Below are positions 27,284-37,191 of a DNA stretch of 64,000 nucleotides, piece by piece. The position numbers and the translations under genes are program-made. Source of the DNA: a virus; the IMG/VR virus record IMGVR_UViG_3300021961_000025; one strand, written 5' to 3'. The notes under the pieces are model-generated. The model ran no database searches and was not told where the DNA came from. It saw only the letters and a list, made by a program, of their open reading frames with translations. How positions within the stretch are numbered: position 1 is the first letter of the stretch; the number at the start of each line of letters is the position of its first letter.

Positions 27284-27821
27284 AGTAACAAGAGAGCAAT
27301 TCGTTTCAGCAATCACTGATGATCCTGCTGATAAGTTTGCGAAAACTTTTGTTGCGAAAGCCAATATGCAAGAGCAGTGGGAGTGTGGCTCTCATCATCT
27401 TTGTATGGGTTTATGGGATGAAGATAAACTAATGGGTGCTATTATTACTTCTATCTCTAAACGAGATCCAAAGGTAGCCAATCTACAATTACTACATACA
27501 TTTGCTGCATATCGTGGTAAAGGTGTAGGTAAAACTCTTTCATTAGACAGTTTACGTTATGCGATACACGAGAAAGCACAATACTTCCGTGTCAGTGCAG
27601 AGATACCAGCAATAGAATTTTATAAGAAAATTGGCTTTGAAATGCTAGGAGAACAGAAGTCTGGATGTCAACTAAGTATGTTCAAAGTTAATCCAGAAAT
27701 GAAATCCTTTGAAGAGGGTGATTACGATATTAATGATGCAACAATCTTCAACGCAGTATATAAAAAAGGTAAAGGTGGTTGTGTTAAAGTTTTCAAAGAA
27801 ACAGAATCACTTTTTGGGTAG
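27270..27821 (+). CDS. GNAT acetyltransferase
   Basis: YRGKGVGK acetyl-CoA motif A; AIEFYKKIGF. Confidence 0.88.
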   Translation: MKLHKVTREQFVSAITDDPADKFAKTFVAKANMQEQWECGSHHLCMGLWDEDKLMGAIITSISKRDPKVANLQLLHTFAAYRGKGVGKTLSLDSLRYAIHEKAQYFRVSAEIPAIEFYKKIGFEMLGEQKSGCQLSMFKVNPEMKSFEEGDYDINDATIFNAVYKKGKGGCVKVFKETESLFG

Positions 27822-27824
27822 GCA

Positions 27825-28415
27825 ATGAACCAGTATTACTTTCATCTTTCAATACCAGAAATAAAACATCCTTTAAATGAAGTAGGACAGAAATGGTTTG
27901 ATGCTCTTAAAGGTGGGCATTGGAACATTCCTCGTGAATATATCTCTAACGATTTAATTAAATTTGCACCAAAGGTTGGATTGCAATTCTTTGATGCAGA
28001 AGTCTTCAGTCTTCCTGCAAACTATCAATTACAAATTCACGTAGATGCTACGAATATGTCACGTAAGTGTAAACTTAATTGGGCATATAGCGAGGGTGAG
28101 CATTACAATGTTTGGTATACTCCCAAGAAAACTTGGAGTAGAATAGCTACTGCAGAAGAACAGAGTGATGGTGCATTAGACGATTACTCTTTTGTATTTG
28201 AATTAGATGAAGTGGATGAAGTAGCAAGGACTGTACTAAAGAATCCTACTGCTGTAGTAAGTGGTCAACCACATAGTGTGATTACTACGACACATCCAAG
28301 AAAGTCTATCTCTGTTACTCTTATGCCAAAGGGAACAATTCCATTTGAAAAAGATTGGGGTATTCCTATTGACGAAATGAGAAACTATTTGAAAGACTAC
28401 ATTATTAATGACTGA
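27825..28415 (+). CDS. cupin / 2OG-Fe(II)-like enzyme
   Basis: IHVD, KLNW, PHSV, R.SIS. Confidence 0.55.
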   Translation: MNQYYFHLSIPEIKHPLNEVGQKWFDALKGGHWNIPREYISNDLIKFAPKVGLQFFDAEVFSLPANYQLQIHVDATNMSRKCKLNWAYSEGEHYNVWYTPKKTWSRIATAEEQSDGALDDYSFVFELDEVDEVARTVLKNPTAVVSGQPHSVITTTHPRKSISVTLMPKGTIPFEKDWGIPIDEMRNYLKDYIIND

Positions 28416-29439
28416 TTTCCGTGAACAAAAAAATCGACGTGAAGCATTTATCAGATGGTATGCTTGGTCGATAAAATATAAAGATTGTGATCCATCAGTT
28501 TGGATGACAAACTATCTAAACGATAGATACGAACATAATACTGAAGAAAGGTTTTGGTTGTGTTGGCTATACGGAAATACATATTATCTGCCAACCTCAT
28601 GGGTACTAAAAAATGAATTTCCTGACTACGAACTTGCAACAATTGACAGACTCAATTGGTGGAATAGTGAAAACTATAAACGACTACGTTATCAAACAGA
28701 TACAAAATATAACAAAGGACATCTCCCACAGATGTTCGAATCTTACCAAAGAGAAATTGGTAAATCTCTTCAATCCAAGTACTTTGAAAACTTATTGGGA
28801 GACAATGAAACAGATTCCTTCCACAGAGTATGGGAAACTGTCAAAAAGAACTTTCATAAATTTGGTAGATACACTACTTGGTTTTACATGCAACATTTGT
28901 ATTCTACTTGTAATCTCCCTGTGGTTCCTAACACTCTTTGGTTTTCTGATCATTCTGGGAGTAGGAGTCATCGTAATGGTTTTCTTTTTGCACTTGGAAG
29001 AGAAGATCTTATCGACGAGAAACTGGATACAAAACAAACAGAGTGGCTCGAATCTGAAGGGAAGTCTTTCCTCGAAGAAATGAACAGACGTTATCCAGAG
29101 TATAAAAAAGATATTAACTTTTATACAATGGAAACTTGTCTATGTTCGTTTAAGAAAATCTTCCGTGAACACCATGGACGTTATCTTGGTTATTACCTAG
29201 ATCGTCAAGCAGAAGAAATCTCTCAAGTCCAAAGTGATGGATGGTATGGTATTGAGTGGGACGTATTATGGCAAGCACGAAGTGAAATGCTAGATCCTCG
29301 TCTTATCGATAAACGAGGTATCAATAAAGAAAAGTTTGCAAATTTTATTAATACTGGATCAATGGATCGTTTGGAATGGATGTATGATGATGTATCCTCA
29401 AATCAATTCTTTTCTCTAGAAAATGCCTTGCAATATTAA
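28408..29439 (+). CDS. aGPT-PPlase clade 2 / amino acid:DNA transferase-like protein
   Basis: DCDP, RFWLCWLYGNTY, FGRY..WFY, SRSHRNG, ET.LC.FKK, RYLGYY.DR. Confidence 0.75.
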   Translation: MTDFREQKNRREAFIRWYAWSIKYKDCDPSVWMTNYLNDRYEHNTEERFWLCWLYGNTYYLPTSWVLKNEFPDYELATIDRLNWWNSENYKRLRYQTDTKYNKGHLPQMFESYQREIGKSLQSKYFENLLGDNETDSFHRVWETVKKNFHKFGRYTTWFYMQHLYSTCNLPVVPNTLWFSDHSGSRSHRNGFLFALGREDLIDEKLDTKQTEWLESEGKSFLEEMNRRYPEYKKDINFYTMETCLCSFKKIFREHHGRYLGYYLDRQAEEISQVQSDGWYGIEWDVLWQARSEMLDPRLIDKRGINKEKFANFINTGSMDRLEWMYDDVSSNQFFSLENALQY

Positions 29440-29451
29440 TTGTAGTATAAT
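29429..29451 (+). promoter_or_regulatory. putative middle promoter
   Basis: TGCAA-N12-TATAAT. Confidence 0.6.
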
Positions 29452-29454
29452 TAT

Positions 29455-29691
29455 ATGAAGAAAACGAAAACTTACATACATGTCAACCAACACGTTATAC
29501 GAGCAAATAAAAAGAATGGGACGTCAGATCCTGTTATTACTGTCAAGCAAGGACGAAAGAACACTTATTGTTCAGAGGTTAAAGTCCTTGGTCCATGCAC
29601 CATTGTTTATGGGGGTAATGATAAACCTATTCTTTCTTGTGGTGCTAGGGTTGTTATATTAACTGAATCGGAAGTGGAGATAATTAAATGA
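29455..29691 (+). CDS. conserved phage hypothetical protein
   Basis: IHVNQHVIRANKK...P.LSCGARV. Confidence 0.65.
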   Translation: MKKTKTYIHVNQHVIRANKKNGTSDPVITVKQGRKNTYCSEVKVLGPCTIVYGGNDKPILSCGARVVILTESEVEIIK

Positions 29692-30239
29692 GTTTAAAAC
29701 TAATTGGAATAGTCGGCATGCCAGGAACTGGTAAAACTACGTTGATGAAAGAGTGGATGGCAAAACGAGAGTGGACAAAAGACACTCCAGTTAAATTGCT
29801 TGATAGTCTAATTAGTGGCGACATTCGCTTATTTGGTAAGTATGAAGAGGGTGATACCTTTGCTGGTACAGATAAACTCTCTATGGCTGTCCAACCTGCA
29901 GCACTAGAATACATACGTATGCCTACTCACGATGTTAATATATTCGAGGGAGATCGTCTAACTTCCTTTGCTTTCTTTAATGAAGCAGTTAAAGAGGGTT
30001 ATGATGTTTCTATTATCGTTCTAAAAGTATCTGATGCAATTCGAGAGCAACGTTATAAAGAGCGTGGATCCGACCAATCAGAAACCTTTATTCAAGGACG
30101 TAGAACTAAGATCGAGAATATCATTAATAGGTTTAGTGGCTCTCCATTGACTGGAGATCCCTCTCTTGTCACAGAGTTCGAACACTCTACACCTGAAGAC
30201 ACACAAAAAATCATTGCCCATATTGAATCTTTGCTCTAG
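29688..30239 (+). CDS. P-loop nucleotide kinase of the type associated with DNA hypermodification
   Basis: GMPGTGKTT, GKY...FAGTDKLSMAVQP, FEGDRL, RY..RGS.Q. Confidence 0.75.
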   Translation: MSLKLIGIVGMPGTGKTTLMKEWMAKREWTKDTPVKLLDSLISGDIRLFGKYEEGDTFAGTDKLSMAVQPAALEYIRMPTHDVNIFEGDRLTSFAFFNEAVKEGYDVSIIVLKVSDAIREQRYKERGSDQSETFIQGRRTKIENIINRFSGSPLTGDPSLVTEFEHSTPEDTQKIIAHIESLL

Positions 30240-30310
30240 TTTGCAAGGATTGCCTTTTCCTAAATAACTTTGGGACGTCTAATTCTAGTTTCTATTAAAA
30301 GGAGTCGACG

Positions 30311-30799
30311 ATGGCAAAGGTTTATACCAGAGGTGGAAGTACCTCTCAGAAAAAATACTTGCAATCTTTAACAGAGTACGCATTACCACTACTGATGTCG
30401 AAAAGACTAGCAAACACGCTAGAGATTACCTACAGAATAGTTCCAAATCTATACACTAAATATGATATAATGGGTGACGCATGGTCGCAAGACGATGGAC
30501 GTTATCCAAAAGAATTTATAGTTCGACTAGACGCATCACTACCTTTACGTGATTTTCTAGAGACTGCATCTCATGAGTTAGTCCACGTTAAACAATGGGC
30601 AACTAATCAAATGAGAGATTACGAAAAGAGTGAAGAGATCACTCGTTATAATAGCAAAAAGATTAACACTAACAAAGTAGACTACTGGGATCTTCCATGG
30701 GAAATTGAGGCACATGGTCGTGAAGTGGGCATTTTTATTAGATGGGTTCAGCATGCTAAATTAGAAAACCGACAATGGGCTAAATGGAAGAGTAAATGA
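30311..30799 (+). CDS. HExxH zincin-like metallopeptidase
   Basis: HELVHVKQW...PWEIEA; CTAAATA at 30260-30266. Confidence 0.65.
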   Translation: MAKVYTRGGSTSQKKYLQSLTEYALPLLMSKRLANTLEITYRIVPNLYTKYDIMGDAWSQDDGRYPKEFIVRLDASLPLRDFLETASHELVHVKQWATNQMRDYEKSEEITRYNSKKINTNKVDYWDLPWEIEAHGREVGIFIRWVQHAKLENRQWAKWKSK

Positions 30800-32073
30800 T
30801 AAAATCCTCGCCGACTGCACAACGTGCGATTATTAACTATTTTAAAACAAAATTAAAAACTGAAGCTGGAGTCAAGTTAGTTGAATCTAGTAGAGGTGGT
30901 GCTCATTTACGATTTAATTATGCAGGCGACGTTTCTAAACTACTTAAAAAACATCACAATGTAGAGATTCGTAATAGTGATCAATCGATTTCTGGAACAT
31001 TTACTACACAAGAAATTATTCTTAAAGAAAAGATCGGTGGTGCTGCAGTAAACGATGGTGCTTATCTTGTTGTTACTACGTCAAGCAAGGGTGTTCTCTC
31101 TACTAAAAATTTAACTCCAGACGAATTAAAACTTCCTGGAGTCCATAAGAAAAATACATTTAAGAAAGATGTTATTGCTGGACTTAAAGCAAGTTCTTCT
31201 CCAGTTAACATTAGAGAATTTTGTAAAGATCTACTCGATGCCTCAGAAAGATCTGATGGTAAAATCGAAAGTGAGTTTATGGATAGTATTAGCAACAGTG
31301 ATATTACTACTATTGCTAAAAACTTTGGTGAGATCTCTGGTGCATTATGGTATATGACTCACTATAATAAAAAAGCCACTGCTGTAGAATATCCAAACGA
31401 AAGTAACTTTCCTCTTGTAGATTATTTTATTCACGAAGACAAAAAGAAAATCGCAGTATCAGCAAAAGCCAATGATGGTGCTCCACCAAGTATTAATGCA
31501 ATTGCTGATGTATTAAGAAAAAAGAAATATACTGATAGTAAAAAGGAAGACGCAAGGAAAGCAATTATTGCTATTAGCGATTCTTCTACTGTAGATGGTA
31601 TTATTAATGCCTCTAAAGAATTGAGTACTGATGGGTATAAATGGGTAAGTAAAGAATTTAAAAAGGGACAAGTGTTTACTGCTGCAGATTGCGAAACGTT
31701 TCTGTCCTCGTATAAGTCTGGTAAATCAGTATTTGCAGAATTAGAACCATTGTATAAATTAATTGGTCGTGCTGCATCATTAGACATTATTGAACGAACA
31801 ATGAAAGCCAATGGTAAGCGATGGGGATTTATCATCTCTCCAATGGGCTATGCTTTGGTCGATCAGCTAAATAAGACAGAGAAGTATATAGAAGTCTTAA
31901 ACGATGCTGCAAAAGAGATCCAACTAGAACAGCTATACATTAAGATCAAGTTAAGTCAGAAAGCAGTGTCTTACGAAGTCAAGTTATTTGGTACTTCGAA
32001 GTTCAAATTCGAGTACAATGCGAACGCTGGGCAACCCTCTTTGAAGAAAATTTCCTTCAAAATGGAGAAATAA
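30796..32073 (+). CDS. putative PD-(D/E)xK restriction-like endonuclease
   Basis: NFGE...YP...NFPLVDY...AVSAK pattern. Confidence 0.45.
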   Translation: MIKSSPTAQRAIINYFKTKLKTEAGVKLVESSRGGAHLRFNYAGDVSKLLKKHHNVEIRNSDQSISGTFTTQEIILKEKIGGAAVNDGAYLVVTTSSKGVLSTKNLTPDELKLPGVHKKNTFKKDVIAGLKASSSPVNIREFCKDLLDASERSDGKIESEFMDSISNSDITTIAKNFGEISGALWYMTHYNKKATAVEYPNESNFPLVDYFIHEDKKKIAVSAKANDGAPPSINAIADVLRKKKYTDSKKEDARKAIIAISDSSTVDGIINASKELSTDGYKWVSKEFKKGQVFTAADCETFLSSYKSGKSVFAELEPLYKLIGRAASLDIIERTMKANGKRWGFIISPMGYALVDQLNKTEKYIEVLNDAAKEIQLEQLYIKIKLSQKAVSYEVKLFGTSKFKFEYNANAGQPSLKKISFKMEK

Positions 32074-32160
32074 CCCTACTTTTTTGAGGGTTTTTTCATA
32101 AGTTGTTGTATTTGCAACAAAAAAAGATTGAAAAAAAGAGCAAAAAAAGCAAAATAGTTG

Positions 32161-32189
32161 TTGACTTTCTTGCAACTTTATGGTATAAT
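32161..32189 (+). promoter_or_regulatory. early promoter with upstream stem-loop
   Basis: TTGACT-N17-TATAAT; AACCCT...AGGGTT at about 32072-32092. Confidence 0.85.
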
Positions 32190-32222
32190 AGCAGTATGAA
32201 AATTGAAAAGGAAACTGAAATT

Positions 32223-32561
32223 ATGACTACTGCGACTCTTATCCATGCTGCTTTTTCTGATTTACCTACTGTTGTTGCTGAGATCTACGTTGGCGACTGG
32301 ACTGGTGAAAAAGCATTGAACTACGTTTATCGTGCGACTCAAAATATCGAAGGATCTTGGTCGAAAGGTAAAAGTTTTGAATTCAATGGTCAGACTTATG
32401 AGAATGAGGACTACGATGACAACATCACTGTTCTTGTTCCTCTGAAAACTGGCAAAGATGGTAACGTTTATGGTTTGCGTTCTACTTCGATGGGTGATCG
32501 AATCATCCTTGGTGGTAAGATTTATGAAGTTGCTGCTGTTGGATTTAAGGAGGTGGCATAA
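32223..32561 (+). CDS. early hypothetical protein
   Basis: TQNIEGSWS...RSTSMGD...VAAVGF; ORF-track start overlaps the promoter. Confidence 0.6.
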   Translation: MTTATLIHAAFSDLPTVVAEIYVGDWTGEKALNYVYRATQNIEGSWSKGKSFEFNGQTYENEDYDDNITVLVPLKTGKDGNVYGLRSTSMGDRIILGGKIYEVAAVGFKEVA

Positions 32562-32782
32562 TGGTTGACACTACCTTTGACAATAGGCACGGAGGTGCTT
32601 TTGATCGTGGGTGTGCTGACAGTTATTACAGACGTCCTCGAAACCCTCATTACTTTGAAGGTAAATCTTTTCAAAGTAATATCGTTTGGAAAGATAAACT
32701 GACTGATGAAGAGATTCAGGCATACCATGCAGGTTATGATTATAATGATGAAATGAACAATCACAAAGACTGGGGAATTTAA
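32561..32782 (+). CDS. conserved early hypothetical protein
   Basis: RHGGAFDRG.ADSYY.RP..PHY...AY.AGY. Confidence 0.65.
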   Translation: MVDTTFDNRHGGAFDRGCADSYYRRPRNPHYFEGKSFQSNIVWKDKLTDEEIQAYHAGYDYNDEMNNHKDWGI

Positions 32783-32785
32783 TAA

Positions 32786-34024
32786 GTGGCATTCGGATTT
32801 AAAGATTATTTAAAAGAACAGAAAAATACTCACATGGAGCATCTAGAGGATCTAGTGTTCAATGAGGGTATGGTTGGTACAAACAAAGCCATTAAATTCC
32901 TAGAGGATCTCTTGGGAATGCTTTCTGGTAATGCGACGACTAAAGTATCTGCCACTGTAAAGTGGGATGGTGCTCCTGCTATCTTTGCTGGTATTGATCC
33001 ACGAGATGGCAAATTCTTCGTAGCGAAGAAAGGTGTCTTCAATAAAGATCCTAAAGTTTACAAGACTGCTGCAGATATTAATGCTGACGTCTCTGGCGAT
33101 CTTGCTGCAAAATTAAAAGTAGCATTAGTTGAATTAAAGAAACTTGGTATTACCAAAGGTGTATTCCAAGGCGATCTAATGTTTACAAAATCAGATTTAA
33201 AAACAGAAAAAATTAATGGTGAGTCTTATTTGACTTTCCACCCTAACACTATTGTATACGCTGTTCCTCTTAAGAGTAATCTAGCGACACAAATTAAAAA
33301 AGCAAATATGGGTATCGTTTGGCATACCTCCTACGAAGGATCTTCATTTGAAACAATGAAAGCATCTTTCGGTAAAACTATTATGAATAAGTTAAAATCG
33401 TCTCCAAGTGTTTGGATGGACGATGCTAACTATAAAGATTATAGTGGTACAGCTACCTTTACCAAAGCTGAAACCACAGCAGTAACAAACGAAATTAAGA
33501 AAGCAAAGGCTCTTTCTTCTAGTTTGAATACTAAAATGGTAGATGACATTCATAAAGATGAAGCACTACTGACACATATTAAGACTTATAATAATACCAA
33601 AGTAAGAGAGGGTGAAGAAATTACAAACATTGCAGCACACGTTGCTGGGTTGTTTCATTATATTCACGATAAATATCAAAAAGAAATTGACTCCAAAAAG
33701 ACTGACAAATCGAAGTCTTCTTGGGAAGAAAAACGTAAGAATGTATTAAAGTATTTCTCGGCACACGATCAAAATGAGATCGTTAAAATCTTCGAACTAA
33801 CTAATCTTTTGACTTCCATCAAAAGTGCAGTTATTACCAAGATGAATCAAGCTGGTCATATCAATACATTCTTGAAAACTACAGACGGATTTAAGGTTAC
33901 TGGAGTTGAGGGATTTGTAGCTATTGACCACCTCTCTGGTAATGCTGTAAAGATTGTAGATAGGCTCGAATTTAGCAAATCTAACTTCTCTCCTGACATA
34001 ATTAAAGGGTGGCAGAAGAATTAA
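32786..34024 (+). CDS. DUF6267-like protein with ligase-type nucleotidyltransferase motifs
   Basis: KNTHMEHLED, TVKWDG (motif I), QGDL, EGFV, VKIVDR. Confidence 0.65.
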   Translation: MAFGFKDYLKEQKNTHMEHLEDLVFNEGMVGTNKAIKFLEDLLGMLSGNATTKVSATVKWDGAPAIFAGIDPRDGKFFVAKKGVFNKDPKVYKTAADINADVSGDLAAKLKVALVELKKLGITKGVFQGDLMFTKSDLKTEKINGESYLTFHPNTIVYAVPLKSNLATQIKKANMGIVWHTSYEGSSFETMKASFGKTIMNKLKSSPSVWMDDANYKDYSGTATFTKAETTAVTNEIKKAKALSSSLNTKMVDDIHKDEALLTHIKTYNNTKVREGEEITNIAAHVAGLFHYIHDKYQKEIDSKKTDKSKSSWEEKRKNVLKYFSAHDQNEIVKIFELTNLLTSIKSAVITKMNQAGHINTFLKTTDGFKVTGVEGFVAIDHLSGNAVKIVDRLEFSKSNFSPDIIKGWQKN

Positions 34025-34070
34025 GATTACTAAATAAGAGTGTATTAAACTAAATCGATGGACAAAAGAA

Positions 34071-36761
34071 ATGAAGAACTTTAAAAACTTATTACAAGAA
34101 CTACCTGCAAAAAAGATAGTTATCGCCTTTGGACGATTTAATCCTCCAACTACAGGGCATGAACTACTCGTCAACAAGACGACTCAATTTGCATCACGCA
34201 ACAACATCCCCCATCGTATCTACGTTACGCACACTGAGGACAAGAAGAAAAACCCTCTTCCTCAAAAGCGTAAGATATACTTCATGCAACGAATGTTCGG
34301 TAAAGGTGCTAATCTAGTTGGCACTGGAAACGATGTTCGTACTATCATCGAAGTTGCAAAACATTTAGAAAAAGAAAAATTCACAGATTTAGTCCTCGTC
34401 GCTGGTAGCGATCGAGTCCCTCAGTATCGTAAACTACTTGAACAATACAATGGTAAAGAATACAAATTTAACTCAATCGAAGTTGTGTCTTCTGGTAAAA
34501 GGGATCCAGACTCGGAACAAGCAGACGGAATGTCAGCAACAAAAATGCGTGAAGCAGCAAAAGCTGGCAAGTTTGTTGATTTCAAGAGAGGCATCCCAGC
34601 GAAAATGACAGTCGCTGATGCTAAGCGTATGTTCAATGAAGTAAGATTGGGTATGGGTTTAGATCCTATCAAAGAAGAAATTAATTTCGAAACTTCAGAT
34701 ATTAGAGAGAAATACATCAACGAAGAAATCTTCGCTATTGGTTCTGTTGTAGAAGACAGCAATGGCGTATATGAAGTAGTTGATCGTGGTGCTAATTATG
34801 TCACTGTCGTTAATGAGAGTGGTGCAATGAGTAAGAAATGGTTACACCAAGTTGTAGAAGTTGCTACTGCAAAAGAAGCACAACCTATTCTACAAGAAGA
34901 CTCTACTGAAGTTGAGTATAAAGGATACAAAACGAATAACTTCCATATGTGTCCTATTGCGAAAACCGAATTTTTAAATCTTTTTAAAAAAGAAAAAGAT
35001 CCTGTTGCAGTACTGAATGCTCTTAAACTAACTGAAGAGTATTTAAGTATAGAGTCTGCAGCAGAAGAACGTGGGTATGCTACACAATCTGATATCGACA
35101 GATTCCAAGTGATTCAATTAAAAGCATCAGAATCTCTTAAGAAAATCGATGAGTTAGACAATCACGATTACATGAAGATCCATAGCGATGCTATGTCGAA
35201 TCTTCTAGAACAAAATAAAGGCAAGGACGAAATGATAGAAGAACAAATGAAATTTAGTTCGGCTGATCGGATCAAGGTTGCACGAATCATCGGTGGTGCT
35301 CTTGGTGTCAGCGAACCAGAAAAACAGGGTAATCCTACACAGCTAGTTAATATGGGATTACGTAAAATTAGAACAAAAAGAATTACTCCAGAATTTGCTG
35401 CGATTGTAGACAAGATGTTAAACACTGCACGTATTGCTGGAATCGATTATGACGACAGTTTAATGCCAGCTACAATGAAACAAATGAAAGCACGACAAGA
35501 TAAAGATATGAAAGAGGGAGTAGTTTCTGATCGTACTAAAGATCAAATTGCTCGAGAAAAAGAACAAGACAAATTGAAGCATAAAAATATGATGGATCGT
35601 GCTAAGGAGCAAGATAAGAAAATGAAAAAAGAAGAAAAACGATACACAGTTATCGCAATGACTGAAGACAAACAACGAGTGGTGAAAAATATCCTTGCCT
35701 CATCACAAGAAGAAGCTAAGTCTATTGTTGAAGCTGAAGGTATCTACAAATCAGTTATCGTAAGTCAACAAGGTAAGATTGAAGAAGTTAAGAAACCATC
35801 TGTTGAGAAAACAGACACTTCATCTACCTTTAACATTGCTAAGTCTATTATGTCTTATGATGACTTTAAGAAAATGTTAAAGATCCAAGGTGGAATTAAA
35901 AAAGACGAATCAACTTTTGAAGGTAAAAATGAGTTTGGTGTAATCGTTAAGAAACGAGGACATCATCCTGACGGAACAGAGATCGAAGACGATCCACATC
36001 CAGATCATAACCCTGCAAATATTCACGAGCCAAACCCACGTAAACGTCGTGCTGATCAGTACGATATGATGGACTCAGTAGAGTTAGATGGTGAAGTGCT
36101 TGAAGAAGGACGTATGAAAGAAATTTCAATAGATATGAAAGATCTATCTGCTGCAGAGTTCTTACAAAAGTATAAAAAAACAAAAGCTGAACTGCAAAAA
36201 GCATTAAGTGGTGGAATTAAACAAGAGGCACGTCCAACTGATGGAGATCCAGAAAAGGATTACCTATCAGATAGAGAAATGGAAGATATCATTTCTAGAT
36301 ACGACGATGATCTTGATCCACTAGATGACGAAGATTTACTTGATCTTTACGATGACGATGAATTAGAAATCGTTGACGAAGAAGATGAAGTAGTATCAGA
36401 GTCAGTATTGTTTGAGGGCGAAGAAGTACAAATGAATGAAGTGCTTTCTCGTACTGAACGTATTAAGGCACGTGTTCGTTTAATGAAGACTCGTGCAAAA
36501 CGTCAACGTAATTTAAAGATTGCTCTTAAGAAACACTCTTCAACTCAAGTTATTAACAGACGTGCAAGACGACTAGCAATCAAAGCTATCAAACAACGTC
36601 TATTCAAGAAACCTGCTAATAAAATGTCAGTGGGTGAAAAAGAAAGAGCAGAAGCAAGAATTAAAAAATTGTCACACATTGTTAATCGTGTTGCAATGAA
36701 ACTTGCTCCTAAAGTTAGAAGGATGGAAAAGAAACGTCTTTCAAGCCGAAGGACTAAATAA
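34071..36761 (+). CDS. cytidyltransferase-family (HxGH) domain fused to a long charged region; probable internal head protein
   Basis: FGRFNPPTTGH, KNPL, VAGSDRV, MSATKMR; CTAAATA at 34030. Confidence 0.75.
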   Translation: MKNFKNLLQELPAKKIVIAFGRFNPPTTGHELLVNKTTQFASRNNIPHRIYVTHTEDKKKNPLPQKRKIYFMQRMFGKGANLVGTGNDVRTIIEVAKHLEKEKFTDLVLVAGSDRVPQYRKLLEQYNGKEYKFNSIEVVSSGKRDPDSEQADGMSATKMREAAKAGKFVDFKRGIPAKMTVADAKRMFNEVRLGMGLDPIKEEINFETSDIREKYINEEIFAIGSVVEDSNGVYEVVDRGANYVTVVNESGAMSKKWLHQVVEVATAKEAQPILQEDSTEVEYKGYKTNNFHMCPIAKTEFLNLFKKEKDPVAVLNALKLTEEYLSIESAAEERGYATQSDIDRFQVIQLKASESLKKIDELDNHDYMKIHSDAMSNLLEQNKGKDEMIEEQMKFSSADRIKVARIIGGALGVSEPEKQGNPTQLVNMGLRKIRTKRITPEFAAIVDKMLNTARIAGIDYDDSLMPATMKQMKARQDKDMKEGVVSDRTKDQIAREKEQDKLKHKNMMDRAKEQDKKMKKEEKRYTVIAMTEDKQRVVKNILASSQEEAKSIVEAEGIYKSVIVSQQGKIEEVKKPSVEKTDTSSTFNIAKSIMSYDDFKKMLKIQGGIKKDESTFEGKNEFGVIVKKRGHHPDGTEIEDDPHPDHNPANIHEPNPRKRRADQYDMMDSVELDGEVLEEGRMKEISIDMKDLSAAEFLQKYKKTKAELQKALSGGIKQEARPTDGDPEKDYLSDREMEDIISRYDDDLDPLDDEDLLDLYDDDELEIVDEEDEVVSESVLFEGEEVQMNEVLSRTERIKARVRLMKTRAKRQRNLKIALKKHSSTQVINRRARRLAIKAIKQRLFKKPANKMSVGEKERAEARIKKLSHIVNRVAMKLAPKVRRMEKKRLSSRRTK

Positions 36762-36765
36762 TAAC

Positions 36766-37191
36766 ATGGCTGTTAAATCGTTTAAAGACTTTTTAGATGA
36801 AGTTGCTAATCAATTTCCTCACTCACAGCAGTTCGAACATTTAGATTGTGGAACTGGTAAGTGTTGTGGGGATTGCCAAGAAGAGACAGATTCTATTCTC
36901 TGGGAAGAAGTCCTAGAAGAATCTGAGTATCAAGGTAAGAAAGTAACTTTAAATAAACCATTTCGTGCTAGTGGTGGCAAGAAGAAATTCTATGTCTACG
37001 TTAGAAACGATAAAGGGAATATTATTAAGTTAGGGTTTGGTGATCCAAATATGGAAATCAAACGAGACGATCCAGCAAGACGTAAAGCATATCGATCAAG
37101 ACATGGTTGTGACAATCCTGGACCAAAATGGAAAGCCAACTATTGGTCTTGTAAGATGTGGAGCGCAAAACCAGTAAGTAAAATAACCTAA
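36766..37191 (+). CDS. conserved late hypothetical protein
   Basis: KKFYVYV...FGDPNM...RRKAYRSRHGC...YWSC; CTAAATA at 36754. Confidence 0.65.
   Translation: MAVKSFKDFLDEVANQFPHSQQFEHLDCGTGKCCGDCQEETDSILWEEVLEESEYQGKKVTLNKPFRASGGKKKFYVYVRNDKGNIIKLGFGDPNMEIKRDDPARRKAYRSRHGCDNPGPKWKANYWSCKMWSAKPVSKIT

Noticed and set aside
28613-29083. 156-aa alternate-frame ORF inside the transferase gene
   Set aside because: No SD or motif; likely chance
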